The notes beneath the pieces were generated by a model. The model was not told the origin of the DNA, ran no database searches, and saw only the letters and a program-made list of their open reading frames with translations. A stretch of 64,000 nt of DNA. Source: Haplodiscus bocki (lineage: Eukaryota). Each line of letters begins with the position of its first letter. Within the stretch, counting starts at the first letter, position 1. This document shows, piece by piece, positions 13,786 through 25,900 of this stretch. The translations under genes and the position numbers were made by a program. The stretch is taken from assembly GCA_965655095.1 (NCBI GenBank), contig OZ296650.1:32612001-32676000 (forward strand), given 5' to 3'.

Positions 13786-16634
13786 TGTTACATTGTAAGG
13801 GTAGAGTACCTTTTCCGATATTATTTGAAATTACTTTTCTCTGGATCCTGTCAGTCAGTTGCTGGGTTGAAAATCATCGCTGTTTTCAGTGATTGGAAAA
13901 ACTTTTTGACAACACATTGTAGGTTGTGTTTTACACGGTACGGTTTCAGTTTGGATGTTTCTTTTTGGGCTTTGTACATTGAAAAGTTAATTTCCTGCTC
14001 AAAATTTCTGATTATGTTATAAGTTTCAAAACAAGTTCTTCCCAACAGAGTCCTCACAACCAAAATACTTTGGGTTTCTCTTGCTAAACTGGAAAAAATT
14101 TTGTTGGAGTTGCGGGATCGAAATAATAGTCGATCAGTTTTTTTAGAGAAGGCTCAGTCAAAACAGATTCTTTTAGCAAACTTTGAAAAATTAATCCAAA
14201 TCTTTCAGAAAGTACTGCTACTCAAGATCTTCAACTACCATAACTTCCTTTTACCCAATCATAGAGTTAATTTGAAAAAAAATATGCAAAACGTTTTCCC
14301 ATCAACAGTTTGTTATCCTTCACAACCTATTGTGAGCAGATGCAGATTGTTATCGCTAACACCAGTTTTCGTTTAACATATTTGTTGTTTATTGGAATTT
14401 ATCAGCAAGAACGGCCAATGTTCTCAATCGTAAGTGAAAAAAGTCCGTAACACCTTTTCTTCCAATAGCCTCATTTTTGAATAAACCAAAATGCATCCAT
14501 AATTATTAGGTTCTACCTTTGGTTTTCTCTTACGATGTGCTTTGAAGTAATTTGGAATCTTTTTCTCTTTTCACGGTATCATTTTTTGTTCCTTTAACCA
14601 AACTTTGCACTCCAAATCCAATTAAATCTGAAAGTTGATATTAAAAAAATGTTCGAAGTTGTAAAAATGATTAACATGAGTAGAAAACTTTTTTAAAATC
14701 ACATTTCTGCGGAAAAATCCATAAAACTCTGCCGTATAGAAAACACAAAATTGAGAAAACATAAAAAGTTAGCACGTTGGAAGTAGTATAGCTAAAAACA
14801 GTTGCAGAAACACAAACCTATATTTCAAAGCAATGTAACCGAAAAGACAACTTGAATACAACTCATAATATACTGTAAGTTTTTTTAGTTTTTTTGATTT
14901 TTTAAAAATTTTCTTTACTAATCTTTTGGAGATGGAAACTTCTTTTCTTCTGAAGATTGCAAGCGTGAAATCAACGCAGCTCCCATAAATTTTGTTGAGG
15001 TTTCATGTTTTTTGTTATTGGTGCCATCAGGAGATGACAGGAGTCTGGACTTATGTCACAAGACTGCAAAGAAGAGCCGTACAACTGTTTTGAAAACCAA
15101 TTAAAGTAATTCACAGCTGGAATGTGATAAACCATCATGGCTTAATCATTCAGTTTGAAGTTTCGGAAGCGGAATACATTATTCAAACAATTTGGAAAAT
15201 TTTCAATTTGTTACATTGTAAGCCTAGAGTACCTTTTCCGATATTATTTGAAATTACTTTTCTCTGGATCCTGTCAGTCTGTTGCTGGGTTGAAAATAAT
15301 CGCTGTTTTCAATGATTGGGTAAATTTTTTGACAACACGTTGTAGTTGGAGTTTTACAAGATACGGTTTCAGTTTGAATGGTTCTTTTTGGGCTTTGTAC
15401 ATTGAAAAGTTAATTTCCTGCTCAACTTATCTGATTATGTTATAAGTTTCAAAACAAGTTCTTCTCAACAGAGTCGTCACAAGCCAAATACTTTGGGTTT
15501 CTCTTGCTAAACTGCAAACAATTTTGTTGGAGTTCTGGGATGCAAATAATAGTCGATCCGTTTTTTTAAAGAAGGCTCAGTCGAAGCAGATACTTTCAAC
15601 AAACTTTGAAAAATTAATTTAAACCTTTCAGAAAGTACTGCTACTCAAGATCTTGAACTACCATAATTTCCTATTACTCAATCATGGAGTTAATTTGAAA
15701 ACAAATTTGCAAAATGTTGTCACATCAACAGTTTGTTATCCTTCACTACCTATTGTGAGTAGATGCAGATTGTTTTCGATAACACCAGTTTTCGTTTAAC
15801 ATATTTGTTTTTCAATGGAATTTTTCAGCCAAAACCGCCAATGTTCTCAATCGCAAGTGAAAAAAGTCCATAACACCATTTCTTCCAATAGCCCTATTTT
15901 TGAAAAAACAAAAATGCAGCCATAATTATTAGGTTCTACCTTAGGTTTTCTCACACGATGTGCTTTGAAGTAATTTGGAATATTTTTCTCTTTTGACGGT
16001 CTCATTTTTTGTTCGTTTAAACCTTTTTTTGGACTCGAACTCCATTTAAATCTGAAAATTGATATTAAAAAAACGTTCGGAGTTGTAAAACTGATTAACA
16101 TCATTGAAAAACTTTTTTAGATTCACATTTCCGAGGAAAAATCCATAAAACTCTGCCGTATAGAAAACACAAAAATGAAAAAACATAAAAAGTTAGCACG
16201 TTGGAAGTAGTATAGCTGAAAACAGTTGCAGAAACATAAACCTATATTTCAAAGCAATGTAACCGAAAAGACAACTTGAATACAACTCGTAATATACTGT
16301 AAGTTTTTTTAACTTTTCTGATTTTTTAAAAAATTTTCTACACTAATCTTTTGGAGATGGAAACATCTTTTCTTCTGAAGATTGGAAGCGTGAAATCAAC
16401 CCAGCTCCCGTAATTTTTGTTGAGGTTTCATGTTTTTTCTTTTTGATGCCATCGTGAATTGACAAGAGTCTGGACTTATGACACTACGCTGGAGAAAATA
16501 AGGGTACAAATGCTATGAAAACCAAGTAAAAAACTCACAGCTGGAGTCTGATAAATCATCATGGCTTAATCATTCAGTTTGAAGATTCGGAACTGGAACA
16601 CATTACTAAGAGTCTTTTCAGAATTTCATTAATT

Positions 16635-17591
16635 TGTTACATTGTAAGAGTAGAGTTGCAAAATGTTTTCACATCAACAGTTTGTGATCCTTCACTACTT
16701 ATTGTGAGCAGATGCAGATTGTTTTCCATAACACCAGTTTTCGTTTAACATATTTGTTTTTTAATGGAGTTATTCAACCAAAACCGCCAATTTTCTCAAT
16801 CGCAAGTGAAAAAAGTCCTTAACACCTTTTTTTCCAATCGCTCTCTTTTGAAAAAACCAAAATCCAGTCGTGATTATTAGATTCTACCTTCGGTTTTCTC
16901 ACACGATGTCCTCTGAAGTAGTTTGGAATCTTTTTCTCTTCTGACTGTATCATTTTTTGTTCGTTTAAACAAACTTTGGACTCAAACTCCATTTAAATCT
17001 GAAAGTGGATATTAAAAAAATATTCGAAGTCTTAAAATTGATTAACATCAGTAAAAAACTTTTTTGGATTCACATTTCTAAGGAAAAATCCATAAAACTC
17101 TGCCGTATAGAAAACACAAAATTGAAAAAGCATAAAAAGTTAGCACGTTGAAAGTAGTATAGCTAAAAACAGTTGCAGAAACATAAACCTATAACTCAAA
17201 GCAATGTAACCGAAAAGACAACTTGAATACAACTCGTAATATACTATATGTTTTTTTTTTAATTTTTTCGATTTTTCTTAAATGTTCTACACTAATCTTT
17301 GTAATCTTTGGGAGATGGAAACTTCTTTTCTTTTGAAGACTGGAAGCGTGAAATCAACCCAGCTCCCGTAACCTCTGTTGAGGTTTCAAGTTTTTTGTTA
17401 TTGGTGCCATCAGGAGATGACAGGAGTCTGGACTTATGTCACAAGACTGGAAAAAAGAACCGTACAACTGTTTTGAAAACCAATTAAAATAATTCACAGC
17501 TGGAATGTGATAAATCATCATGGCTTAATCATTCAGTTTGAAGTTTCGGAAGCGGAATACATTATTCAAACAATTTGGAAAATTTTCAATT
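16635..17591. repeat. Second copy of the truncated junction monomer (957 bp, includes a 9-bp duplication at 17293-17310)
   Basis: Identical deletion junction at 16656/16657, preceded by about 220 bp of A-type sequence (~16438-16656). Confidence 0.95.
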
Positions 17592-19014
17592 TGTTACATT
17601 GTAAGCGTAGAGTACCTTTTCCGATATTAATTGAAATTTTTTTCCTCTGGATCCTATCAGTCTGTAATTGGGTTGAAAATCATCGCTGTTCTCAGTGATT
17701 TGGTAATTTTTTTGACAACACATTGTAATTTGTGTTTTACAAGGTACGGTTTCAGTTTGAATGGTTCTTTTTGGGCTTTGTATATTGAAAAGTTAATTTC
17801 CTGCTCAACTTATCTGAATATGTTATAAAGTTTCAAAACAAGTTCCTCCCAACAGAGTCCTCACAAGCAACATACTTTGGGTTTCTCTTGCTAAGCTGCA
17901 AAAAAATTTGTTGGAGTTGCGGGATGCAAATAATAGTCGATCAGTTTTTTAGAGAAGGCTCAGTCCAAGCAGATTCTTTCAACAAACTTTGAAAATTCAA
18001 TTTAAATCATTCAGAAAGTACTGCTACTCAAAATCTATAACCACTATATCGTCCGTTTACCCAATTTTAGGGTCAACTTGAAAAAAATTGCAAAAATTTT
18101 TCACATCAGCTGTTTGTTATCCTTCGGTACTTATTATGAGCAAATGCAGATTGTTTTCGATAACATCAGATTTCGGTTGACGTATTTGTTCTCTGAAGGA
18201 ATTGCTCAGCTGAAAATATCAATGTTCTCAATCACAAATGAGTTATATCCGCAACAAATTTATTTCAATTAGCTCTGTATTTTAGGAAAACTAAATTCCT
18301 GGGGTAATCATTAGCTTCAACTTTCGCTTATTTCACACCATCTTTCTTTGGGGTAATTTGGAATCTTCTTCTTTTTTGACGTTATCAACCTTTGTTCGTT
18401 CAAGCGACTCTTTGAACTGAACTGCTGTTCAATTGGAAAGTTTAGATATGAAAGACAACTGTACCAAGTTGTTAAAACCTTTTTTATCAGTAAAAAGCTT
18501 GCTTAGATTCACTATTCATTGGAAAATCCATAAGATTTGAGAGTATAGAAAATACAAAATGGAAAAACGAAAAAAGTAAGATTGTTGAAAGTACTACAGC
18601 CAAAAACACTTGCAGAAAGGTAACCTTTAACTCAAAGCAATGTAACCAGAAAGACCACTTGAATACAACTCCTAATTTATTGAAAGTTATTTAATGATTT
18701 AGATTTTTTTACAAGTTTGTACACTGGTCTCGTAAAAACGGAAGTTTCGTTTCAATATGAAAAATTGAAGACTGAACTCAACCCAGCTCTCCTAATTGTC
18801 AAGTTTTCATAATTTTTTCTTGTTTTTGCAATCATGAGATTAAAGAAGTGAGGACTTATGTCACAAGACTGGAAAAAAAAACCGTACAACTGGTTTGAAA
18901 TTCAATTTAAAAAACTCACAGCTGGAATGTGAAGAATCATCATGGCCTAATCATTCAGTTTGAAGTTTCGGAAGCAGAATACATTTTTCAGACTCTTTTG
19001 GCAACTTTTCAATT
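17592..19014. repeat. Family C monomer
   Basis: Same C diagnostics; near-copy of 12364-13785. Confidence 0.93.
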
Positions 19015-20437
19015 TGTTACATTGTAAGAGTAGAGTACCTTTTCCAATATTATTTGAAATTACTTTTCTCTGGATCCTGTCAGTCTGTTGCTGGGTTGAA
19101 AATCATCGCTGTTTTCAGTGCTTGGGTAAATTTTTTGACAACACATTGTAGGTTGTGTTTTACACGGTACGGTTTCAGTTTGAATGTTTCTTTTTGGGCT
19201 TTGTACATTGAAAAGTTAATTTCTTGCTCAAAATTTCTGATTATGTTTTAAGTTTCAAAACAAGTTCTTCCCAACAGAGTCATCACAACCAAAATACTTT
19301 GGGTTTCTCTTGCCAAACTGCAAACAATTTTGTTGGAGTTCCGGGATGCAAAAATTAGTTGATCAGTTTTTTTAGAGAAGGCTCAGTCAAAGCAGATTCT
19401 TTTAGCAAACTTTGAAAAATTAATCCAAATCTTTCAGAAAGTACTGCTACTCAAGATCTTCAACTACCATAACTTCCTATTACCCAATCATAGAGTTAAT
19501 TTGAAAACAAAAATGCAAAATATTTTCACATCAACTGTTTGTTATCCTTCACTACCTATTGTGACCAGATGCAGATTGTTTTCGCTAACACCAGTTTTCG
19601 TTTAACATATTTGTTGTTTAATGGAATTTATCAGCAAAAACCGCCAAAGTTCTCAATCGCAAGTGAAAAAAGTCCATAACACCTTTTCTTCCAATAGCCT
19701 CATTTTTGAATAAACCAAAATGCAGCCATAATTATTAGGTTCTACCTTCGGTTTTCTCTTACGATGTGCTTTGAAGTAATTTGGAATCTTTTTCTCTTGT
19801 GACGGTATCATTTTTTGTTCGTTTAACCATTTTTTGGACTCGAACTCCATTTAAATCTGAAATTCGATATTAAGAAAACGTTCGGATTTGTAAAACTGAT
19901 TAACATCATTAAAAAACTTTTTTAGATTCACATTTCCGAGGAAAATCCATAAAACTCTGCCGTATAGAAAACACAAAAATAAAAAAACATAAAAAGTTAG
20001 CACGTTGGAAGTAGTATAGCTAAAAACAGTTGCAGAAACATAAACCTATATTTCAAAGCAATGTAACCGAAAAGACAACTTAAATACAACTCATAATATA
20101 CTGTAAGTTTTTTTAATTTTTCTGATTTTTTAAAAATTTTCTACACTAATCTTTTCGAGATGGAAACTTCTTTTCTTTTGAAGATTGGAAGCGTGAAATC
20201 AACCCAGCTCCCGTAACTTTTGTTGAGGTTTCATAATTTTTGTTATTGGTGCCATCAGGAGATGACAGTAGTCTGGACTTATGTCACAAGACTGCAAAGA
20301 AGAGCCATACAACTGCTTTGAAAACCAATTGAAAAAACTCACAGCTGGAATGTGATGAATTATCAAGGCTTAATCAATCAGTTTGAAGTTTCGGAAGCGG
20401 AATACATTATTCAAACTCTTTTGGAAAACTTTCAATT

Positions 20438-21862
20438 TGTTACATTGTAAGAGTAGAGTACCTTTTCCGAAAATAATTGAAATTATTTTTCTCTGGATCC
20501 TATCAGTCTGTAGCTGGGTTGAAAATCATCGCTGTTTTCAGTAATTGGGTAATTTTTTTGACAACACATTGTAGTTTGTGTTTTATACGGTACGGTTTCA
20601 ATTTGAATGTTTCTTTTTGGGCTTTGTACATTGAAAAGTTACTTTCCTGCTCAACTTATCTGATTATGTTATAAGTTTCAAAACAAATTCTTCTCAACAG
20701 AGTCGTAACAAGCAAAATACTTTGGTTTTTTCTTGCTAAACTGCAAACAATTTTGTTGGAGTTCCGGGATGCCAATAACAGTCGATCAGTTTTTGTAGAG
20801 AAGGGTCAGTCAAAGCAGATTCTTTCAACAAACTTTGAAAATTTAAATTAAAGCATTCAGAAACTACTGCTACTCAAAATCTATAACCACTATATCGTCC
20901 TTTTACCCAATCTTAGGGTGAATTTGAAAAAAAAATTGCAAAAAGTTTTCACATCAGCAGTTTGTTATCCTTCAGTACTTATTACCAGCAAATGCAGTTT
21001 GTTTTCGATAACATCAGATTTCGTTTGACCTATTCGTTCTCTAAAGGAATTGTTCAGCTGAAATTGTCAATGTTCTCAATCACAAGTGATTTATATCCGT
21101 AACAACTTTATTTTCAATAGCTCTGTACTTTAGGAAAACTAAAATCCTGGGGTAATCATTAGCTTCAACATTCGATTTTTTCACACCATCTTTCTTTGAG
21201 GTAATTTGGAGTCTTCTTCTTTTTTGATGTTATCAATTTTTGTTCGTTGAAGCAACTCTTTGAATTGAACTGCTGTTCAATCGGAAAGTTTAGATATAAA
21301 AGACAACTGTACCAATTTGTTAAATTCTTTTTTATCAGTAAAAAGCTTGCTCAGATTCACGTTTCAATAGAAAACACATAAGATCTGAGAGTATAGAAAA
21401 TACAAAATGGAAAAACGTAAAAAGTAAGAACGTTGAAAGTAGCGCGGCCAAAAACACTTGCAGAAAGATAACCTTTAACTCAAAGCAATGTAACCAGAAA
21501 GACCACTTGAATACAACTCCTAATTTATTGAAAGTTATTTAATGATTCCGATTTTTTTTACAAGTTTGTACACTAGTCTCGTAAAAACGGAAATTTCGTT
21601 TCATTATGAAAAATTGAAGACTGAACTCAACCCAGCTCTCTTAATTGTCAAATTTTCAGAATTTTTGTTGTTTTTGCAATCATGAGATGAAGGAAGTGAG
21701 GACTTATGTCACAAGACTAGAAAAAAGAACCGTACAACTGCTTTGAAATTCAGTTTGAAAAACACACAGCTGGAATATGATAAATCATCATGGCTTAATC
21801 ATTCAGTTTGAAGTTTCGGAAGCGGAATACATTATTCAGACTCTTATGGAGATTTTTCAATT
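20438..21862. repeat. Family C monomer
   Basis: C diagnostics from about 20840 onward; the 5' part is B-like. Confidence 0.92.
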
Positions 21863-22960
21863 TGTTACATTGTAAGAGTAGAGTACCTTTTCCGATATTA
21901 TTTGAAATTACTTTCCTCTGGATCCTGTCAGTCTGTTGCTGGGTTGAAAATCATCGCTGTTTTCAATGATTGGGTAAATTTTTTGACAACACGTTGTGGT
22001 GGGTGTTTTACAATGTACGGTTTCAGTTTGAATGGTTCTTTTTGGGTTTTGTATATTGAAAAATTAATTTCCTGCTCAACATTTCTGATTATGTTATTAG
22101 TTTCAAAACAAGTTCTTCCCAACAGAGTCCTCACAAGCAAAACACTTTGTGTTTCTCTTGCTAAACTTCAAAAAATTTTGTTGGAGTTCCGGGATGCAAA
22201 TAATTGTCGATCAGTTTTTTTAGAGAAGGCTCAGTCAAAGCAGACTATTTCAACAAACTTTGAAAAATTAATTCAATTTTTTCAGAAAGTACTGCTACTC
22301 AAGATCTTCAACTACCATAACTTCCTATTACTCAATCCTAGAGTTAATTTGAAATTAAAATTGCAAAATGTTTTCACATCAACACTTTGTTATCCTTCAC
22401 TACCTATTGTGAGTAGATGCAGATTGTTTTCGAAAACACCAGTTTTCGTTTAACATATTTGTTTTCCAATGGAATTTTTCAGCCAAAACCGCCAATGTTC
22501 TCAATCGCAAGTGAAAAAAGTCCGTAACACCTTTTTTTCCATTAGCCCTATTTTTGAAAAAACAAAAATGCAGCCATAATTATTAGGTTCTACCTTAGGT
22601 TTTCTCACACGATGTGCTTTGAAGTAATTTGGAATCTATTTCTCTTGTGACGGTATCATTTTTTGTTCGTTTAACCATTCTTTGGACTCGAACTCCATTT
22701 AAATCTGAAATTCGATATTAAAAAATTGTTCGGATTTGTAAAACTGATTAACATCATTAAAAAACTTTTTTAGATTCACATTTCCGAGGAAAATCCATAA
22801 AACTCTGCCGTATAGAAAACACAAAATTGAAAAAACATAAAAAGTTAGCACGTTGGAAGTAGTATAGCTAAAAACAGTTGCAGAAACATAAACCTACATT
22901 TCAAAGCAATGTAACCGAAAAGACAACTTGAATACAACTCGTAATATACTGTAAGTTTTT
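21863..22960 (+). pseudogene. Representative copy of a decayed protein-coding frame present in every monomer (product unidentified)
   Basis: A/B/C differences concentrate at third positions of the frame ...LKIIAVFSDWVNFLTTH...LEKAQSKQILSTNFE...FHINSLLSFSTY.EQMQIVFDN...; ORF 21902-22453 follows it to about 22350. Copies are disrupted by stops and homopolymer frameshifts. The strand is not fully resolved because one antisense frame shares the same third positions. Confidence 0.6.
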
Positions 22961-25900
22961 TTTAACTTTTCTGATTTTTTTTAAAATTTTCTACACTAAT
23001 CTTTTGGAGATGGAAACTTCTTTTCTTCTGAAGATCGGAAGCGTGAAATCAACCCAGCTCACGTAACTTTTGTTGAGGTCTATGTTTTTGTTATTGGTGC
23101 CATCAGGAGATGACAGGAGTCTGGACCTATGTGACAAGACTGCAAAAAGGAGCCGTACAACTGCTTTGAAAACCAATTAAAAAATCTCACAGCTGGAATG
23201 TGATAACTCATCATGGCTTAATCATTCAATTTGAATATTGGAAGCGGAATACATTATTCAAACAATTTGGAAAATTTTTAATTTGTTACATTGTAAGAGT
23301 AGAGTACCTTTTCCGATATTAATTGATATTTTTTTTCTCTTGACCTTATCAGTCTGTAGCTGGGTTGAAAATCATCGCTGTTTTCAGTGATTGGGTAAAT
23401 TTTTTGACAACACATGGTAGTTTGTGTTTTACAGGGTACGGTTTCAGTTTGAATGTTTCTTTTTTGTGCATTGTACATTGAAATGTTAATTTCCTGCTCA
23501 ACTTATCTGGTTATGTTATAAGTTTCAAAACAAGTTCTTCTCAACAGAGTCGTCACAAGCAAAATACTTTGGGTTTCCCTGGCTAAACTGCAAAAACTTT
23601 TGTTGGAGTTGCGGTATGCAAATAATAGTCGATCAGTTTTTTAGAGAAGGCTCAGTCAAAGCAGATTCTTTCAACAAACTTTGAAACTTTAATTTAAATC
23701 TTTCAGAAAGTACTGCTACTCAAGATCTTGAACTACCATATTTTCCTAATACTCAATCATGGAGTTTTTTGAAAACAAAATTGCAAAATGTTTTCACACC
23801 AACAGTTTGTTATCCTTCACTACCTATTGTGAGTAGATGCAGATTGTTTTCGATAACACCAGTTTTCGTTTAACATATTTGTTTTTTAATGGAACTTTTC
23901 AGCCAAAACCGCCAATTTCCTCAATCGAAACTGAAGGAAGTCCGTAACACCTTTTCTTCCAATAGTTCTATGTTTGAAAAAACCAAAATGCAGCCTTAAA
24001 TATTAGGTTCTACCTTCGGTTTTCTCACACGATGTGCTTTGAGGTAATTTGGAATGTTTTTCTCTTTCGAAGGTATCATTTTTTGTTCGTTTAAACAAAC
24101 TTTGGACCCAACTTCCATTTAAATCTGAAAGTTGATATTAAAAAAAGTTCCAAGTTGTCAAATTGATTAACATCAGTAAAAAAATTTTTTAGATTCACAT
24201 TTCTGAGGAAAAATCCATAAAACTCTGCCGTAAAGAAATCACAAAATTGAAAAAACATGAAAAATTAGGACGTTGGAAGTAGTATAGCTAAAAACAGTTG
24301 CAGAAACATAAACCTATATTGCAAGGCAATGTAACCGAAAAGACAACTTAAATACAACTCATAATATACTGTAAGTTTTTTTAATTTTTCTGGTTTTTTA
24401 AAAATTTTCTACACTAATCTTTTGGCGATGGAAACTTCTTTTCTTCTGAAGATTGGAAGCGTGAAATGAACCCAGCTACCGTAACTTTTGTTGAGGTTTC
24501 ATGTTTTTTGATATTGGTGCCATCAAGAGATGACAGCAGTCTGGACTTATGTCACAAGACTGCAAAAAGGAGCCGTACAACTGCTTTGAAAACCAATTAA
24601 AAAAACTCACAGCTGGAATGTGATAAATCATCATGGCTTAATCATTCAGTTTGAATATCGGAAGCGGAATATATTACTCAAACAATTTGGAAAGTTTTCA
24701 ATTTGTTACATTGTAAGAGTAGAGTACCTTTTCCGATATTAATTGAAATTACTTTTCTCTGGACCTTATCAGTCTGTAGCTGGGTTGAAAATCATCGCTG
24801 TTTTCAGTGATTGGGTAAATTTTTTGACAACACATTGTAGTTTGTGTTTTTCAAGGTACGGTTTCAGCTTGAATGGTTCTTTTCGGGCTTTGTTTGATGA
24901 AAAGTTAATTTCCCGCTCAAATTTTCTGATTATGTTATAAGTTTCAAATCAAGTTCTTCCCAACAGAGTCCTCACAAGCAAAATACTTCGGGTTTTTCTT
25001 GCTAAACTGCAACAAATTTTGTTGGAGTTCCGGGATGCAAATAATAGTCGATCCGTTTTTTTAAAGAAGGCTCAGTCACAGCAGATTCTTTCAACAAACT
25101 CTGAAAATTTAATTTAAATCTTCCAGAAAGTACTCCTACTCAAGATCTTGAACTACCATAACTTCCTATTACTCAATCATGGAGTTAATTTGAAAACAAA
25201 ATTGCAAAATGTTTTCACATCAACAGTTTGTTATCCTTCACTGCCTATTGTGAGTAGATGCAGATTGTTTTCGATAACACCAGTTTTCTTTTAACATATT
25301 TGTTTTTTACTGGATTTTTTCAGCCAAAACCGCCAATTTCCTCAATCGAAACTGAAGGAAGTCCGTAACACCTTTTCTTCCAATAGTTCTATTTTTGAAA
25401 AAACCAAAATGCAGCCTTAAATATTAGGTTCTACCTTCGGTTTTCTCACACGATGTGCTTTGAAGTAATTTGGAATCTTTTTCTCTTTTGACGGTATCAT
25501 TTTTTGTTCGTTTAACCATTTTTTGGACTCGAACTCCATTTAAATCAGGAATTTGATAATAAAAAAAGTTCCAAGTTGTAAAATTGATTAACATCAGTAA
25601 AAAAATTTTTTAGATTCACATTTCTGAGGCAAAATCCATAAAACTCTGCCGTATAGAAAACACAAAATTGAAAAAACATGAAAAGTTAGCACGTTGGAAG
25701 TAGTGTAGCTAAAAACAGTTGCAGAAACATAAACCTATATTTCAAAGCAATGTATCCGAAAAGACAACTTGAATACAACTCGTAATATACTGTAAGTTTT
25801 TTTAATTTTTCTGACTTTTTTCAAAATTTCCTACACTAATCTTTTGGAGATGGGAACTTCTTTTCTTATGAAGATTGGAATCGTGAAATCAACCCAGCTC

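Noticed and set aside
24794-24848. snRNA/SL-RNA-like hairpin (ATCGCTG-tttt-CAGTGAT), Sm-like AAATTTTTTGA and second hairpin, plus a downstream 3'-box-like GTTTCAAAACAAG in most B copies
   Set aside because: The Sm-like site and first stem are not kept in family A (aagtttctga), there is no match to an snRNA I recognise, and such motifs are common in T-rich DNA.
25525-25537. Pol III B-box-like GGAGTTCGAGTCC on the minus strand
   Set aside because: No A box at a suitable distance, no tRNA fold, and variable among copies.
25792-25849. Mini-intron (GTAAGT/GTGAGT ... CTAAT ... AG)
   Set aside because: The donor is lost in C and in some B copies, the B acceptor is a poor GAG, and there is no transcript evidence. 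It cannot be fully excluded if the source gene had introns.
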